Under the pieces are notes generated by a model that was not told where the DNA came from, made no database searches, and saw only the letters and a program-made list of their open reading frames with translations. A program made the translations under genes and the position numbers. From an uncultured bacterium (GTDB lineage: Bacteria; Krumholzibacteriota; Krumholzibacteriia; Krumholzibacteriales; Krumholzibacteriaceae): a DNA stretch of 64,000 nt. This document shows positions 37,878-47,353 of the stretch, in pieces (positions within the stretch are counted from its first letter, which is position 1; each line of letters begins with the position of its first letter). Location of the stretch: positions 17,775-81,774 of the forward strand of contig CAZPAH010000002.1 of NCBI GenBank assembly GCA_964584495.1. The letters run 5' to 3'.

Positions 37878-39860
37878 ATGTGCGGCATAGCCGGTATATT
37901 TCATCTCGACCCCAGAGCCGAAGCGGACCGGTCCCTCCTCGCCGGGATGACCGATATCCTCGCCCACAGGGGCCCGGACGACAGCGGGCTCTACGTTGAC
38001 GGCCGGATCGGTCTCGGCCACAGGAGGCTCTCCATAATCGACCTGCGGACCGGTCAGCAGCCGATGTCGTCGAACGACCGCACCGTCTGGCTCGTTCTCA
38101 ACGGGGAGATATACAATTTCAAGGAACTGAGGCGCGAGCTGAGATCGTTCGGCCACGCGTTCCGGACCAGATCGGATACTGAGGTTGTAATTCAGGCCTA
38201 TAACCAGTGGGGAACCGGTTTCCTTGGGAAGATGAACGGCATGTTCGCCCTCGCCCTCTGGGATTGCAGCCGGTCCCGCCTCGTGCTGGCGAGGGACCGC
38301 CTTGGAATCAAGCCTCTCTACACGACCGTCGCGGGAAACGCCCTCCTATTCGCCTCCGAGATCAAGTCGCTGCTCCGATACCCCGGCGTGCGCCGCGAAC
38401 CCGATCCCGAATCGATCTCCGCCTATCTCGGATTCAGGTGCCCGCTCGGCGACAAGACTCTTTTCAAGAAGATAGAAAAGCTGAGCCCGGGACACATGCT
38501 GGTCGCCGAGAACGGCTACCTATCCAAAATATCGTACTGGGAGCTTCCCCTCGATGGAAAGCGGAAGGACCGAGGCGAGGAATACTACGTCAAAAAGATC
38601 CGGTCACTTCTGAAGCGCTCTGTGAGGCGGAGGATGATCAGCGACGTTCCGATCGGCGCATACCTCAGCGGGGGCCTCGACAGCTCGATCATAGTGTCCC
38701 TAATGGCCGGCATGAGCCGGTCCCCCGTGAAGACCTACACGATAGGATTCGAGGAGGAGGGATACAACGAGCGCCGGTACGCCCGGTTGGCGGCCGACAT
38801 GTACGGCACCGACCACCGGGAGATCCTGCTGGGCGACGACGATTACACGAGCCTGATCCCCGAGCTGATCCGCTTCAAGGACGCCCCCCTTTCGGTGGCG
38901 AACGAGATACCGCTCTACGTGATGTCGAGGGAGCTGAAGAAGGATATCACCGTCGTCCTGTCCGGAGAGGGGGCCGACGAGCTGTTCGCCGGCTACGGCC
39001 GTATATTCAGATCTCCATTCGACTACGAGAGGGCCCTCTTCCTTGAAACCGACACCGAGATCCTTCCGCAATACAGGGAAACCCTCCTGTCACGGGTCGA
39101 GGATATATACGGCACCCGCTCCTTCCTGAACGAGCTGGTCCACTTCATGAAAAAGTACAGATGGATGAGTCCCGCCGACAAGGGGATATTCCTCTCACAG
39201 CCCCTTCTCGATTCGATCAACGGGGACGAGAGGGCGCTGGGCTACTTCGCCTCCCAGATGAAGGACGCCATGCATCTGAACCACTACGAAAAGCTTCTCT
39301 ACATCTTCCAGAAAACTCATCTCGAGAACCTCCTAATGCGGGTCGACATGACCACGATGGCTGCATCGGTCGAGGCACGAGTGCCCTTCGTCGACCACGA
39401 ATTGGTCGAGTTCGTTTTCACGATGCCATTCCATTACAAGATCAGATGGAAGAGCGATCTCCACAAGCTGATGGCCGCTTTTCTGGCGAGCGACGAGATC
39501 AGCGAAAAATTCGATACACCTAAATACATACTGAGAAGATCATTCTCCTCCGACCTGCCAGAAGAGATACTGACCCGCCGGAAGATGGGATTCCCCGTCC
39601 CGTTGGACCGGTGGATGGGAGGCGGGTATGCCCTGTTCATGAGGGAGATTCTTCTCGACGGGCGGACGCGCCGAAGGGGGATGTTCAATATCGGTTCGGT
39701 CGAGAAACAGCTGGGCCGCGCAGAGGAACATGACCACGGAACGGCCCTCAAGCTCTGGATGCTTATGAACCTGGAGCTTTGGTTCAGGGAGTATATAGAT
39801 AAACCGGAAGGGGGAAAGGTTTCTGCCGGCCGCGGCCCCGAGCTCGCCGCGGCCGTCTGA
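37878..39860 (+). CDS. asparagine synthase (glutamine-hydrolysing) family amidotransferase
   Basis: Starts MCGIAGIF (catalytic Cys2 of the class-II glutamine amidotransferase), RLSIIDL, PP-loop YLSGGLDSSIIVS. 660 aa, typical of AsnB-like enzymes that sit in polysaccharide loci. Confidence 0.8.
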   Translation: MCGIAGIFHLDPRAEADRSLLAGMTDILAHRGPDDSGLYVDGRIGLGHRRLSIIDLRTGQQPMSSNDRTVWLVLNGEIYNFKELRRELRSFGHAFRTRSDTEVVIQAYNQWGTGFLGKMNGMFALALWDCSRSRLVLARDRLGIKPLYTTVAGNALLFASEIKSLLRYPGVRREPDPESISAYLGFRCPLGDKTLFKKIEKLSPGHMLVAENGYLSKISYWELPLDGKRKDRGEEYYVKKIRSLLKRSVRRRMISDVPIGAYLSGGLDSSIIVSLMAGMSRSPVKTYTIGFEEEGYNERRYARLAADMYGTDHREILLGDDDYTSLIPELIRFKDAPLSVANEIPLYVMSRELKKDITVVLSGEGADELFAGYGRIFRSPFDYERALFLETDTEILPQYRETLLSRVEDIYGTRSFLNELVHFMKKYRWMSPADKGIFLSQPLLDSINGDERALGYFASQMKDAMHLNHYEKLLYIFQKTHLENLLMRVDMTTMAASVEARVPFVDHELVEFVFTMPFHYKIRWKSDLHKLMAAFLASDEISEKFDTPKYILRRSFSSDLPEEILTRRKMGFPVPLDRWMGGGYALFMREILLDGRTRRRGMFNIGSVEKQLGRAEEHDHGTALKLWMLMNLELWFREYIDKPEGGKVSAGRGPELAAAV

Positions 39861-39876
39861 GGGGAGCCTGAATAAG

Positions 39877-40620
39877 ATGAGAGTAATAATACTGGCGGCG
39901 GGAAAGGGAGAACGGCTCTATCCGTTGACGAAAAACAGCCCCAAGAGCCTTCTTGAGCTTGGCGGGGGCAAAACCGTTCTGGAAAGCCAGCTCGAGCATA
40001 TCGCCACGGTGGGGATCGGCGATGTGACAATCGTCACCGGATACAAGACGGAACAGATCGAAGCCAAGGTTCTCGGTTTCGACGGTCTCGAAATCACGAT
40101 CTGCTATAATCCTTTCTTCTCGACGAGCAACAACCTGATATCGGCCTGGCTGGCGATCCGGGAAACGGGGGAAAACTTCGTGCTAGTCAACGGAGACGAC
40201 GTATTCAAGGTCCACGTGCTCTCGGGGCTGCTCGAATCGAAAAACGATATCACCATGGTGATAGACCGCAAGGAGGAGTACGACTCCGACGACATGAAGG
40301 TAATCACACGCGGCGGAAGAATCCTGGAAGTAAGCAAGGAGATCGATCCGGCCAGGGCCGACGGAGAATCGATCGGGATGATCCTATTCAGGGGAAAGGG
40401 CCGAACGATCATCAGGGAGACGCTGGAGAGGATGGTCCGCAGGGATGAAGCCAAGAATATCTTCTACCTGGCCGCCCTCCAGGAGATCATGAACATGGGC
40501 TTCCCGGTGAACTACCATGAATGCTCGCGGGAAGACTGGGCGGAGATCGATTTCCATTCGGATCTTTCATTCATCCGCTCACGGATAGACAGATACGCGG
40601 CCGATATAGTGAACGTATGA
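39877..40620 (+). CDS. sugar-/alcohol-phosphate cytidylyltransferase-like nucleotidyltransferase (IPCT/LicC-like)
   Basis: MRVIILAAGKGERLYPLTKNSPKSLLELGG is the G-x-G-x-R-L nucleotide-binding loop of small nucleotidyltransferases. 247 aa. Confidence 0.6.
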   Translation: MRVIILAAGKGERLYPLTKNSPKSLLELGGGKTVLESQLEHIATVGIGDVTIVTGYKTEQIEAKVLGFDGLEITICYNPFFSTSNNLISAWLAIRETGENFVLVNGDDVFKVHVLSGLLESKNDITMVIDRKEEYDSDDMKVITRGGRILEVSKEIDPARADGESIGMILFRGKGRTIIRETLERMVRRDEAKNIFYLAALQEIMNMGFPVNYHECSREDWAEIDFHSDLSFIRSRIDRYAADIVNV

Positions 40621-40633
40621 TGAAAGGACGGCG

Positions 40634-41398
40634 ATGGAATCGATAGCCGAGCTCCGCGCGCTGTGCCGCAGGGAGAACGACGAGGACAACCGCAAGACGA
40701 TGTTCCTCGCATCGAGGGTCTCGATCTATTTCACCCGGCTCTTCCTTATGATGAATATGTCGGCGAATCAGGTCACCTATCTCTTCATCGTTCTCGGCAT
40801 CGCCGGGTCATTTTCGTTTCTCGGCCCAGGCCCATACTGGGCCCTCGCGGGCTACATACTGATGAGACTACACGTGATCGCCGATGTCTGCGACGGCGAG
40901 GTGGCCAGGTACAGACGCACCTTCAGCTCCACCGGCGCCTACCTCGATTTTCTGACCCATTACCTGGTCTACGGGATCGTGCTGTTCGCCATTCCGCTGA
41001 GGTGCTACATGGATTTCGGCCGTTTCTGGAGCGTGACGGCGGGGTTCGTCCTGGTGCTCTCGAACACGATGAACAGGGCTTCGGTCGATTGCTGGTTCAG
41101 GGCCAACTTCGGCAAAAAGGGAAGAGACGAAATCGAAGAGGGTGGACCGGGCCGCAAGAGGAGTTCCCTCTCCCGCTGGAGAAAGACGGCCGTACTCCTT
41201 GCTTCCCACTCGACGAGCCTCCAGACCTTTCTCAACTTCTATATCGCCGCGGTCATCCTGGAAAGGCTGTTGGCGCTTGATCTCCGTCTGTACCTGATCC
41301 CGGCCTACGCGGCGGCCCTCTCCCTGTTCACCTCGGCCAGGATAGCGCTTACGATAGCGCGGGGGAGGATCCCGCGCAGGGCGACGTACTATTCATGA
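40634..41398 (+). CDS. CDP-alcohol phosphatidyltransferase family protein (DIPPS-like)
   Basis: DVCDGEVARYRRTFSSTGAYLDFL fits D-x2-DG-x2-AR-x8-G-x3-D. The N-terminal helix NMSANQVTYLFIVLGIAGSFSFL resembles di-myo-inositol-phosphate-phosphate synthase-type enzymes. Follows the nucleotidyltransferase by 13 nt. Confidence 0.6.
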   Translation: MESIAELRALCRRENDEDNRKTMFLASRVSIYFTRLFLMMNMSANQVTYLFIVLGIAGSFSFLGPGPYWALAGYILMRLHVIADVCDGEVARYRRTFSSTGAYLDFLTHYLVYGIVLFAIPLRCYMDFGRFWSVTAGFVLVLSNTMNRASVDCWFRANFGKKGRDEIEEGGPGRKRSSLSRWRKTAVLLASHSTSLQTFLNFYIAAVILERLLALDLRLYLIPAYAAALSLFTSARIALTIARGRIPRRATYYS

Positions 41399-41410
41399 GA
41401 CGGAGCGCCT

Positions 41411-42631
41411 TTGAACGGCGCCGGATCGAAAAAGGAGAACCGTTCCCCGATGTCAACCGGCACGGACAGTAACCATGGAACTATCGAGGATATCCTCGAT
41501 CGGATAGAGGAAGTCGCCCGTACCGGCGAGGACCGGCTGGCGGATACCAGGATATGCAGGATAGCCTCCTTTCCGACGAGGGAGTTTCCGGGGAGCGGCC
41601 TTCCCGGCTACTACCTCTGCAAAAATATCAAGGGCCCCACCCTCTTTCTCACGAGAAAGACGGGGGAGCCGGTGGACGTCCCCCCCCACGTCGATCTGAG
41701 GATGATCGATCACTCGAGCCCGCTTCTCGGAGAGAAGATCGATCCATTGAAGGCGGCATCGAAACTTCCCGGCCTTATGAAGTTCTTTCTCTCTACGGTA
41801 AGGCCGATGACCCGCTTCAAACCCGAGATCGTTCATATTCACTCTCCCCTGTACATCCTTCACGCCGTCTGGGCGAAATTCATACTCGGCTCGCGCGTGT
41901 GCATGACCTTCCACGGCTCCGACCTTCTGAGGATAAAGAGATCGAGGATCCTTCAGAAGCTTCTTCCGTGCCTCGTCGATCTCTTCTTCTATGTATCCCC
42001 ATCGATGGCCGCCGACCTGGCGCAATTCATCCCCGTCTCGAGAATGATTCATACTCCCAACGGCGTCGATCTCGATAATTTCAACGACCGGAACCTAAAG
42101 AGGGAGAAGCGGATCGTGGCAGTCGGAAACCTGAGGTGGCAGAAAGGATACGAGTATCTGCTCGACGCTTTCGCCTCGCTCGACGCCCCCGGTTATTCCC
42201 TCGCCGTTCTGGGGGACGGCCCCCTGAGAGACGCCATGGAAAAAAGGATCGAAAAGCTTGGAATGGAAGACCGCATATTCCTCCCGGGAAGAAAGAGCCA
42301 CGAGGAGATCGCCTATCTCCTGAACAGGAGCGAGATCTTCGTAATGTCATCGGTTTCCGAGGGGTTTCCGAAGGCGCTCGTGGAAGCTATCGCATCGGGC
42401 CTTCCCGTTGTGACGACCGATGTCGGCTGCTGCCGTGAGCTGACCGGCGAGGCGGGCATCTGCGTCGCACCCGGCGACGCTGACGCGCTGGCGGCGGCGC
42501 TCGCCAGGCTTATCGACGACGGCGATCTCAGAAAGGGATTTTCCAGGAAAGCATCGGAGTCGGCCGTCAAGTACGGATGGGAAAAACCGTGCGAAACCGT
42601 AAGAGAAGCGTACGAAAAAATCGTATCCTGA
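41411..42631 (+). CDS. glycosyltransferase family 1 (GT4)
   Basis: C-terminal EGFPKALVEAIASGLPVVTTDVGCCRELTGEAGICV motif of GT4 enzymes. Confidence 0.7.
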   Translation: MNGAGSKKENRSPMSTGTDSNHGTIEDILDRIEEVARTGEDRLADTRICRIASFPTREFPGSGLPGYYLCKNIKGPTLFLTRKTGEPVDVPPHVDLRMIDHSSPLLGEKIDPLKAASKLPGLMKFFLSTVRPMTRFKPEIVHIHSPLYILHAVWAKFILGSRVCMTFHGSDLLRIKRSRILQKLLPCLVDLFFYVSPSMAADLAQFIPVSRMIHTPNGVDLDNFNDRNLKREKRIVAVGNLRWQKGYEYLLDAFASLDAPGYSLAVLGDGPLRDAMEKRIEKLGMEDRIFLPGRKSHEEIAYLLNRSEIFVMSSVSEGFPKALVEAIASGLPVVTTDVGCCRELTGEAGICVAPGDADALAAALARLIDDGDLRKGFSRKASESAVKYGWEKPCETVREAYEKIVS

Positions 42632-42811
42632 AATTCGTTCAGGCCTTCAGGAGGAAAGGGGGAAACCAAAATCGATTTTTTTGCGGAACACCTCTTGTAA
42701 AAATTTTTTAGATATGCCATGTTCTGTCATGTCAGAGGATCGTTAAAGGCACTGTAACGGCTGCCGGTTCTGCCGGCCGCCTTCACTTGAGAAAGCAAGG
42801 AGGAGGATTAA

Positions 42812-43417
42812 GTGAAAAAGGGTTATCTTGTAGCCATCGTTCTTTCGGCGCTGCTGATCCTGCCGGTATCGGGCAGCCGCGCGGAGTCGTTCCTAGACGA
42901 AGTGACTTTCGGAGCCGACGCGGGGCTCTCTATGCCGATGGGTAACTCGGGCGATCTGTACAGCATGGGTTTCGTGGTCGGGGTCAACGGATTCTATCCC
43001 TACAGGGAGAACATCCTGATAGGCGGGCGCATCGCCTACAACAGGTGGGGAATCGACAGCGGCGGCTGGGTCGGCAGCAATGTCGACGGCTCCTCCTCGG
43101 TAATGGAGTTCGTGCCGCAGGTCCGGTACCTCTTCCCCACGGAAGAAGGAAAAACGATGAGCTTCTTCGGGCAGGGCGGACTGGGATTCTACAGGTACGC
43201 TTTCAATGTCGACGTCGAAAACGATCTGCCCCTCGTGGGAGTTCAAAAATACAGCTACGATGATTCGGCCGTGAATCTCGGGCTCTGTTTCGGCGGGGGA
43301 GCTCTATTTGAGCAAGGCTCCGGAAGGGTCTGGGAAGTGAGACCGATGATTCATATGGTTTTTACGGAGGGGGAATCCACGACCTTCCTTTCCCTGACGG
43401 TCGGAACCACGTTCTGA
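42812..43417 (+). CDS. small outer-membrane beta-barrel protein
   Basis: Signal peptide MKKGYLVAIVLSALLILPVSGSRA. Alternating beta-strand pattern. C-terminal ...LSLTVGTTF with terminal Phe. 201 aa (8-stranded barrel size). Confidence 0.55.
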   Translation: MKKGYLVAIVLSALLILPVSGSRAESFLDEVTFGADAGLSMPMGNSGDLYSMGFVVGVNGFYPYRENILIGGRIAYNRWGIDSGGWVGSNVDGSSSVMEFVPQVRYLFPTEEGKTMSFFGQGGLGFYRYAFNVDVENDLPLVGVQKYSYDDSAVNLGLCFGGGALFEQGSGRVWEVRPMIHMVFTEGESTTFLSLTVGTTF

Positions 43418-43442
43418 TCGATTCCAGGGTGCGGAGAACCGT

Positions 43443-44234
43443 TTGATGCGAAGAATATTGCCGTTGCTCGCCGCGATCCTCATTGCGGCGGGCGGCGTGT
43501 GGGAAGTTCGGGCGGCCATAGAGCCGCCCGATTCAATCTCTGTCGAAGCAGGGGGAGAAAACGTCCGGGTGAGGGCCGTCGATTCAATTTTCTCCATCTC
43601 CGCGCGGCGGAAAGCCGGTAGGGAAGAGATCGGCTGGTATGTGTCCCTTTTCCGCCTTCTTAACGGAAGGGCGGCCAACCCCGTCTTCGACGCGATCATG
43701 CCCCCTATCACCGATTTCAGAAGATCCAGGATCTTCGTGCTCGTCGCCTGGTCCGCCCTCGTGATATTCGGGGGAAGAAAGGGACGCTGGGCCGCTTTCA
43801 TGTTGATACCGCTTATCGTCGCTTCGGATCAGATATCCTCATCCCTGCTGAAACCTCTCGTAGCGAGGATGCGCCCCTGCGAGGTTCTGGGAAATGTGCG
43901 CCTATGGCACGGCTCGGAGGGTTGGATCGTCACTCCGGCCGATATATCCGGAAGCTACAAGTCGTCGTTCTCCTTTCCATCTAGCCACGCAACCAACATC
44001 ACGGCGGCGATGCTCTTTCTGGGATTGGTCTACAGGAGACTGCTGGTGCCGCTTCTCGTCTTGGCCCTCGCCGTATCGTACTCTAGAATCTACGTGGGGG
44101 TTCACTGGCCCCTTGACGTGGCGGCCGGGATGGCTATAGGCGGATCGCTTGCCGTGATCGCTTGGCTGATTTTCAAAAAACTTGCAGGTACGGCGGCGAA
44201 CGGCCGTACGGCGAAGAGCGGCGGCGGAATCTGA
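43443..44234 (+). CDS. PAP2-superfamily membrane phosphatase
   Basis: Acid-phosphatase motifs KPLVARMRP (KxxxxxxRP), PSSHA (PSGH) and SRIYVGVHWPLD (SRxxxxxHxxxD). Confidence 0.7.
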   Translation: MMRRILPLLAAILIAAGGVWEVRAAIEPPDSISVEAGGENVRVRAVDSIFSISARRKAGREEIGWYVSLFRLLNGRAANPVFDAIMPPITDFRRSRIFVLVAWSALVIFGGRKGRWAAFMLIPLIVASDQISSSLLKPLVARMRPCEVLGNVRLWHGSEGWIVTPADISGSYKSSFSFPSSHATNITAAMLFLGLVYRRLLVPLLVLALAVSYSRIYVGVHWPLDVAAGMAIGGSLAVIAWLIFKKLAGTAANGRTAKSGGGI

Positions 44235-44253
44235 GACATCCCGTTCCGGCGGC

Positions 44254-45165
44254 CTACACGACCAGAACGGGGCATATTCCTTTCTGGATGACCTTCGCCG
44301 AGGTGCTGCCGAAGAGGAAATCTCCTATCCCATGGGAACCGGCCGTCCCCATGATGATCAGATCAACCTTCTCCTTCTTCGCGAGCTCCCTTATGCTGTC
44401 GCCCGCCCTTCCCTCGCTGACCCTGTAGCTCACGTCGAACCCCTCCAGTTTTCCTCCCAGATCCTCTTTCATCTTGGCGGTCACACGCTCCTCCAGATCG
44501 GGATCGAGCTGCAGGATCGAAGTCACTCCGGAAGTGTAGTACACCGGCGGTATTTCCACGTCGATCGCATGGTAAACTATGATTTCCGCATGGTTCACCA
44601 AGGCCATCGATTTCACGTATTCGGCCGGTTTGTAAGATTTTTTCGAAAAATCCACGGGGAAGAGTATCTTCCGGATCTGCACATCCCCCGTGTCCGGATC
44701 TATAAACTCATGCTCATGCTGCTTCACGACGAGAACCGGGCATGTCGAGTACCGGATGATGTTCTCGGCGACGCTTCCGAGAAGAACATGCGACAGGCCG
44801 CTCCGGCCGTGCGTCGATATCACTATCATCCCTATCTCACCCTCATCTTCCACGAATTCGAGTATAGCCGCGTGGGGGGAGACTCCCTGAATAACCTCTT
44901 TTCTGACCGGCACACCGGCCCCTTCGGCCCTTTTCTCTCCGTCCTTGAACATCCCTATCGCCACGGCCCTCGCTTCCTCGCAATACTTCTTCAGGGAGGG
45001 AAACTGGTGCTCAGGGTCGTTGGGATCGTGCTCGAACAGGGTTATGGCATGGAGCATAATCAACTCGGCTTTGTGGATCTTAGCCATCTTGATCGCGTAC
45101 GGCAGCGCATGATTGGCGACTTCGGAAAAATCGGTCGTAAAGAGCACTTTTTTGATCTCGGGCAT
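44254..45165 (-). CDS. universal stress protein, tandem UspA domains
   Basis: Two UspA domains (KKVLFTTDFSEVANHALPYAI...; RKILFPVDFSKKSYKPAEYV...) with ATP-binding G-x2-G-x9-G-S/T-type loops (GTAGSHGIGDFLFGSTSAKV). Start is moved from the track's TTG to ATG (MPEIKK) with a GGGGAGA RBS. Confidence 0.75.
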   Translation of the reverse strand: MPEIKKVLFTTDFSEVANHALPYAIKMAKIHKAELIMLHAITLFEHDPNDPEHQFPSLKKYCEEARAVAIGMFKDGEKRAEGAGVPVRKEVIQGVSPHAAILEFVEDEGEIGMIVISTHGRSGLSHVLLGSVAENIIRYSTCPVLVVKQHEHEFIDPDTGDVQIRKILFPVDFSKKSYKPAEYVKSMALVNHAEIIVYHAIDVEIPPVYYTSGVTSILQLDPDLEERVTAKMKEDLGGKLEGFDVSYRVSEGRAGDSIRELAKKEKVDLIIMGTAGSHGIGDFLFGSTSAKVIQKGICPVLVV

Positions 45166-45184
45166 ATCGTCTCTCCCCGGTTGG

Positions 45185-45204
45185 TTGAACGCTAGAGCGT
45201 TCAA
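45185..45204. promoter_or_regulatory. 20-bp perfect palindrome TTGAACGCT-AG-AGCGTTCAA upstream of the usp gene
   Basis: 9-bp perfect inverted arms with a 2-bp spacer, 20-40 nt upstream of the usp ATG. Its size and symmetry fit a dimeric regulator site. Confidence 0.35.
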
Positions 45205-45472
45205 TTAAAAATCGGAATATTATCAAGAGTATTTACTGCGTTGATGCTATTTATAAAGAAGGCGGGTGTCAAGACGATTCGCCCGCGGCTTCCTCCTCCT
45301 GCCTTTACCGATTGTGCTTTCATTCCTACCACAGTTGCATTATTTTACCGGTCGAATAAAGGCACCCGCCGGCCTGAAGCCCCCCCGGGGGACAGCCGTC
45401 ATTCGCGGGATCGCCTGTGGCGGGGTCGATAGGTGGACCGATACCCGGACATTCCGGGCGGGAGGGATCTAG

Positions 45473-46843
45473 ATGCAGTTCGTGATATTGACGCCGAAGA
45501 ACTTACGGACCCTGCTGATCCTGCTTGCGGCCCTTGTGGCGGGTTTCGCGGTAAGCCGCATCCAGCCGGAAGGGTTGGGCGAGGCGGGAAGGATAACGCT
45601 CGGCATATTCACGACCGCAGCGATCCTCTGGATAGTCGAACCGTTTCCGCTCTACGTCACTTCCTTCGTCATCGTTATCCTCGAGGTGATCTTTCTCGGG
45701 CGCTCCGGGGGACCGCTCGGCCTAAGCCCGACCGGATATTCGATCTTTCTCACCCCGTTCTTCGGATCGGTCGTGGTACTTTTTCTCGGCGGTTTCGTAA
45801 TGGCGGGCGCCGTGAAGAGGTACGGGCTGGACGAGAGGATGTCCAGGGCGATCCTGCGTAAAGTGGGAACGAGACCGCCGGTGGTCCTGCTCGGCATGAT
45901 GGCGACGACCGCCTTCCTTTCGATGTGGATATCGAATACCGCCACCACGGCGCTGATGGTGGCCGTGGCCATACCGATCATCAACACCTTTCCAGCCGAC
46001 GAGCCTTTCAGGAAAGCGATAATGCTAGGTATCCCCTTCGCGGCGAATATCGGAGGGATTGGAACGCCAATCGGAACGCCCCCCAACGCCATCGCAATGG
46101 GTATTCTGGAGAATACGGGGCACGGGCTGTCTTTCACGGGTTGGATGCTGAGGGGAATTCCCGTTGTGGCGATCCTGCTCGTTATCTGCTGGTTCCTCCT
46201 CTGCAGGATCTTCCCTGCACGGATCGGGAAGGTGGATCTGGATATGCCCGAGGAGGAGGAAAAGCTAGACCACAAATCGATCTTCATTCTCTCCGTCATC
46301 GCGGTCGTTGTTCTTCTCTGGCTGACCGCCGATCTTCACGGAGTACCTTCTTCCATAATCTCCCTCATACCGCTCGTCGTCTTCTTCGGCCTCAGGCTGA
46401 TGACCGACGACGACCTGAAGGAGCTCGGATGGGGAATCCTCTTCATAATAGGCGGCGGCATGAGCCTCGGCATCGCGATGAAGGAAAGCGGCCTGAGCGA
46501 ATGGATCGTGGCGGCGATACCTTTAGAGGGAATGGGCACGCTCCCGGTCCTTTTTATCTTCGCTCTGGCGGCGGCGGCGATGACCACCTTCATATCGAAC
46601 AGCGCTACGGCCAACCTCCTGATGCCGATAGTCGTCGGAGTCGCCGCCGTCTCCCCCGTTGTCAGCGCCGTCGTCGTCGCAATGGCGGCCTCGGCAGCGA
46701 TGATACTCCCGATAAGCACCCCCCCGAACGCGATAGCATACGGTTCGGGATATGTGGATGTCCGCGACATGATCAAGGGAGGATCGATAATCACACTGGT
46801 TTCGGTTGTAATTATTACCTTATTCATCTACCTGTTATTCTAA
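45473..46843 (+). CDS. anion permease of the ArsB/NhaD-DASS (divalent anion:Na+ symporter-like) superfamily
   Basis: Two-repeat polytopic protein with hairpin-loop motifs GTPIGTPPNAIAMG and ISTPPNAIAYG (the TPPN signature of DASS/SLC13-type carriers). Confidence 0.65.
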   Translation: MQFVILTPKNLRTLLILLAALVAGFAVSRIQPEGLGEAGRITLGIFTTAAILWIVEPFPLYVTSFVIVILEVIFLGRSGGPLGLSPTGYSIFLTPFFGSVVVLFLGGFVMAGAVKRYGLDERMSRAILRKVGTRPPVVLLGMMATTAFLSMWISNTATTALMVAVAIPIINTFPADEPFRKAIMLGIPFAANIGGIGTPIGTPPNAIAMGILENTGHGLSFTGWMLRGIPVVAILLVICWFLLCRIFPARIGKVDLDMPEEEEKLDHKSIFILSVIAVVVLLWLTADLHGVPSSIISLIPLVVFFGLRLMTDDDLKELGWGILFIIGGGMSLGIAMKESGLSEWIVAAIPLEGMGTLPVLFIFALAAAAMTTFISNSATANLLMPIVVGVAAVSPVVSAVVVAMAASAAMILPISTPPNAIAYGSGYVDVRDMIKGGSIITLVSVVIITLFIYLLF

Positions 46844-46883
46844 CCGGCGGTCCTGCACGGGCCTTAAAGCGCGGGGGAAAACG

Positions 46884-47258
46884 ATGAACGGGATAAACGA
46901 GACGGGAAAAGAGAGCGCGAGGCTGGAGCACTGCCCTAAGTGCCATTCGACCGAATGCAGAAACAACATGTATTTCTGCAAGGGAAGAGAGATCCGCGTA
47001 TATGTTGAATGCGCGAAATGCGGAGCGTTCGTCGCCCGTTACACGATCAGCTGCTACACGTCGGATAGGCCTTTCGAATCGATTCTCAGAAAGCTCCGTT
47101 ACGCGAAGCTCAACAGCGGGAAACGCACCATGAAACTGCTCCGGGGGTTCGAGGAAAATGTGTCCGGGGAATTCGCCCGCGTGCTCGAGCTCGTGAGGGA
47201 CCGCGAGGACTCGCGAAGAATCGACGAGATAATCAATGAGGATTTCAGCGGCGACTGA
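46884..47258 (+). CDS. hypothetical small Cys-rich (zinc-ribbon-like) protein
   Basis: CPKCHSTEC...C...CAKCG N-terminal cysteine cluster, then a charged helical tail. No family recognised. Confidence 0.4.
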   Translation: MNGINETGKESARLEHCPKCHSTECRNNMYFCKGREIRVYVECAKCGAFVARYTISCYTSDRPFESILRKLRYAKLNSGKRTMKLLRGFEENVSGEFARVLELVRDREDSRRIDEIINEDFSGD

Positions 47259-47353
47259 TTATCGTTCGGTCCTGGATGCCCGTGCCTTCCTCTCCCCCGT
47301 GCCGGCCGGATAATCCTCTTGTCATGAGGGCATTTTTCTAATAAACAGGTATT

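Noticed and set aside
38207-39046. 279-aa plus-strand ORF in an alternative frame
   Set aside because: It lies inside the asparagine synthase gene, whose real frame carries MCGIAG and SGGLDSS motifs. The alternative frame is Arg/Pro/Gly-rich junk.
44182-45195. 337-aa plus-strand ORF
   Set aside because: Antisense to the tandem-USP gene, which has clear Usp motifs; there is no RBS or motif on the plus frame.
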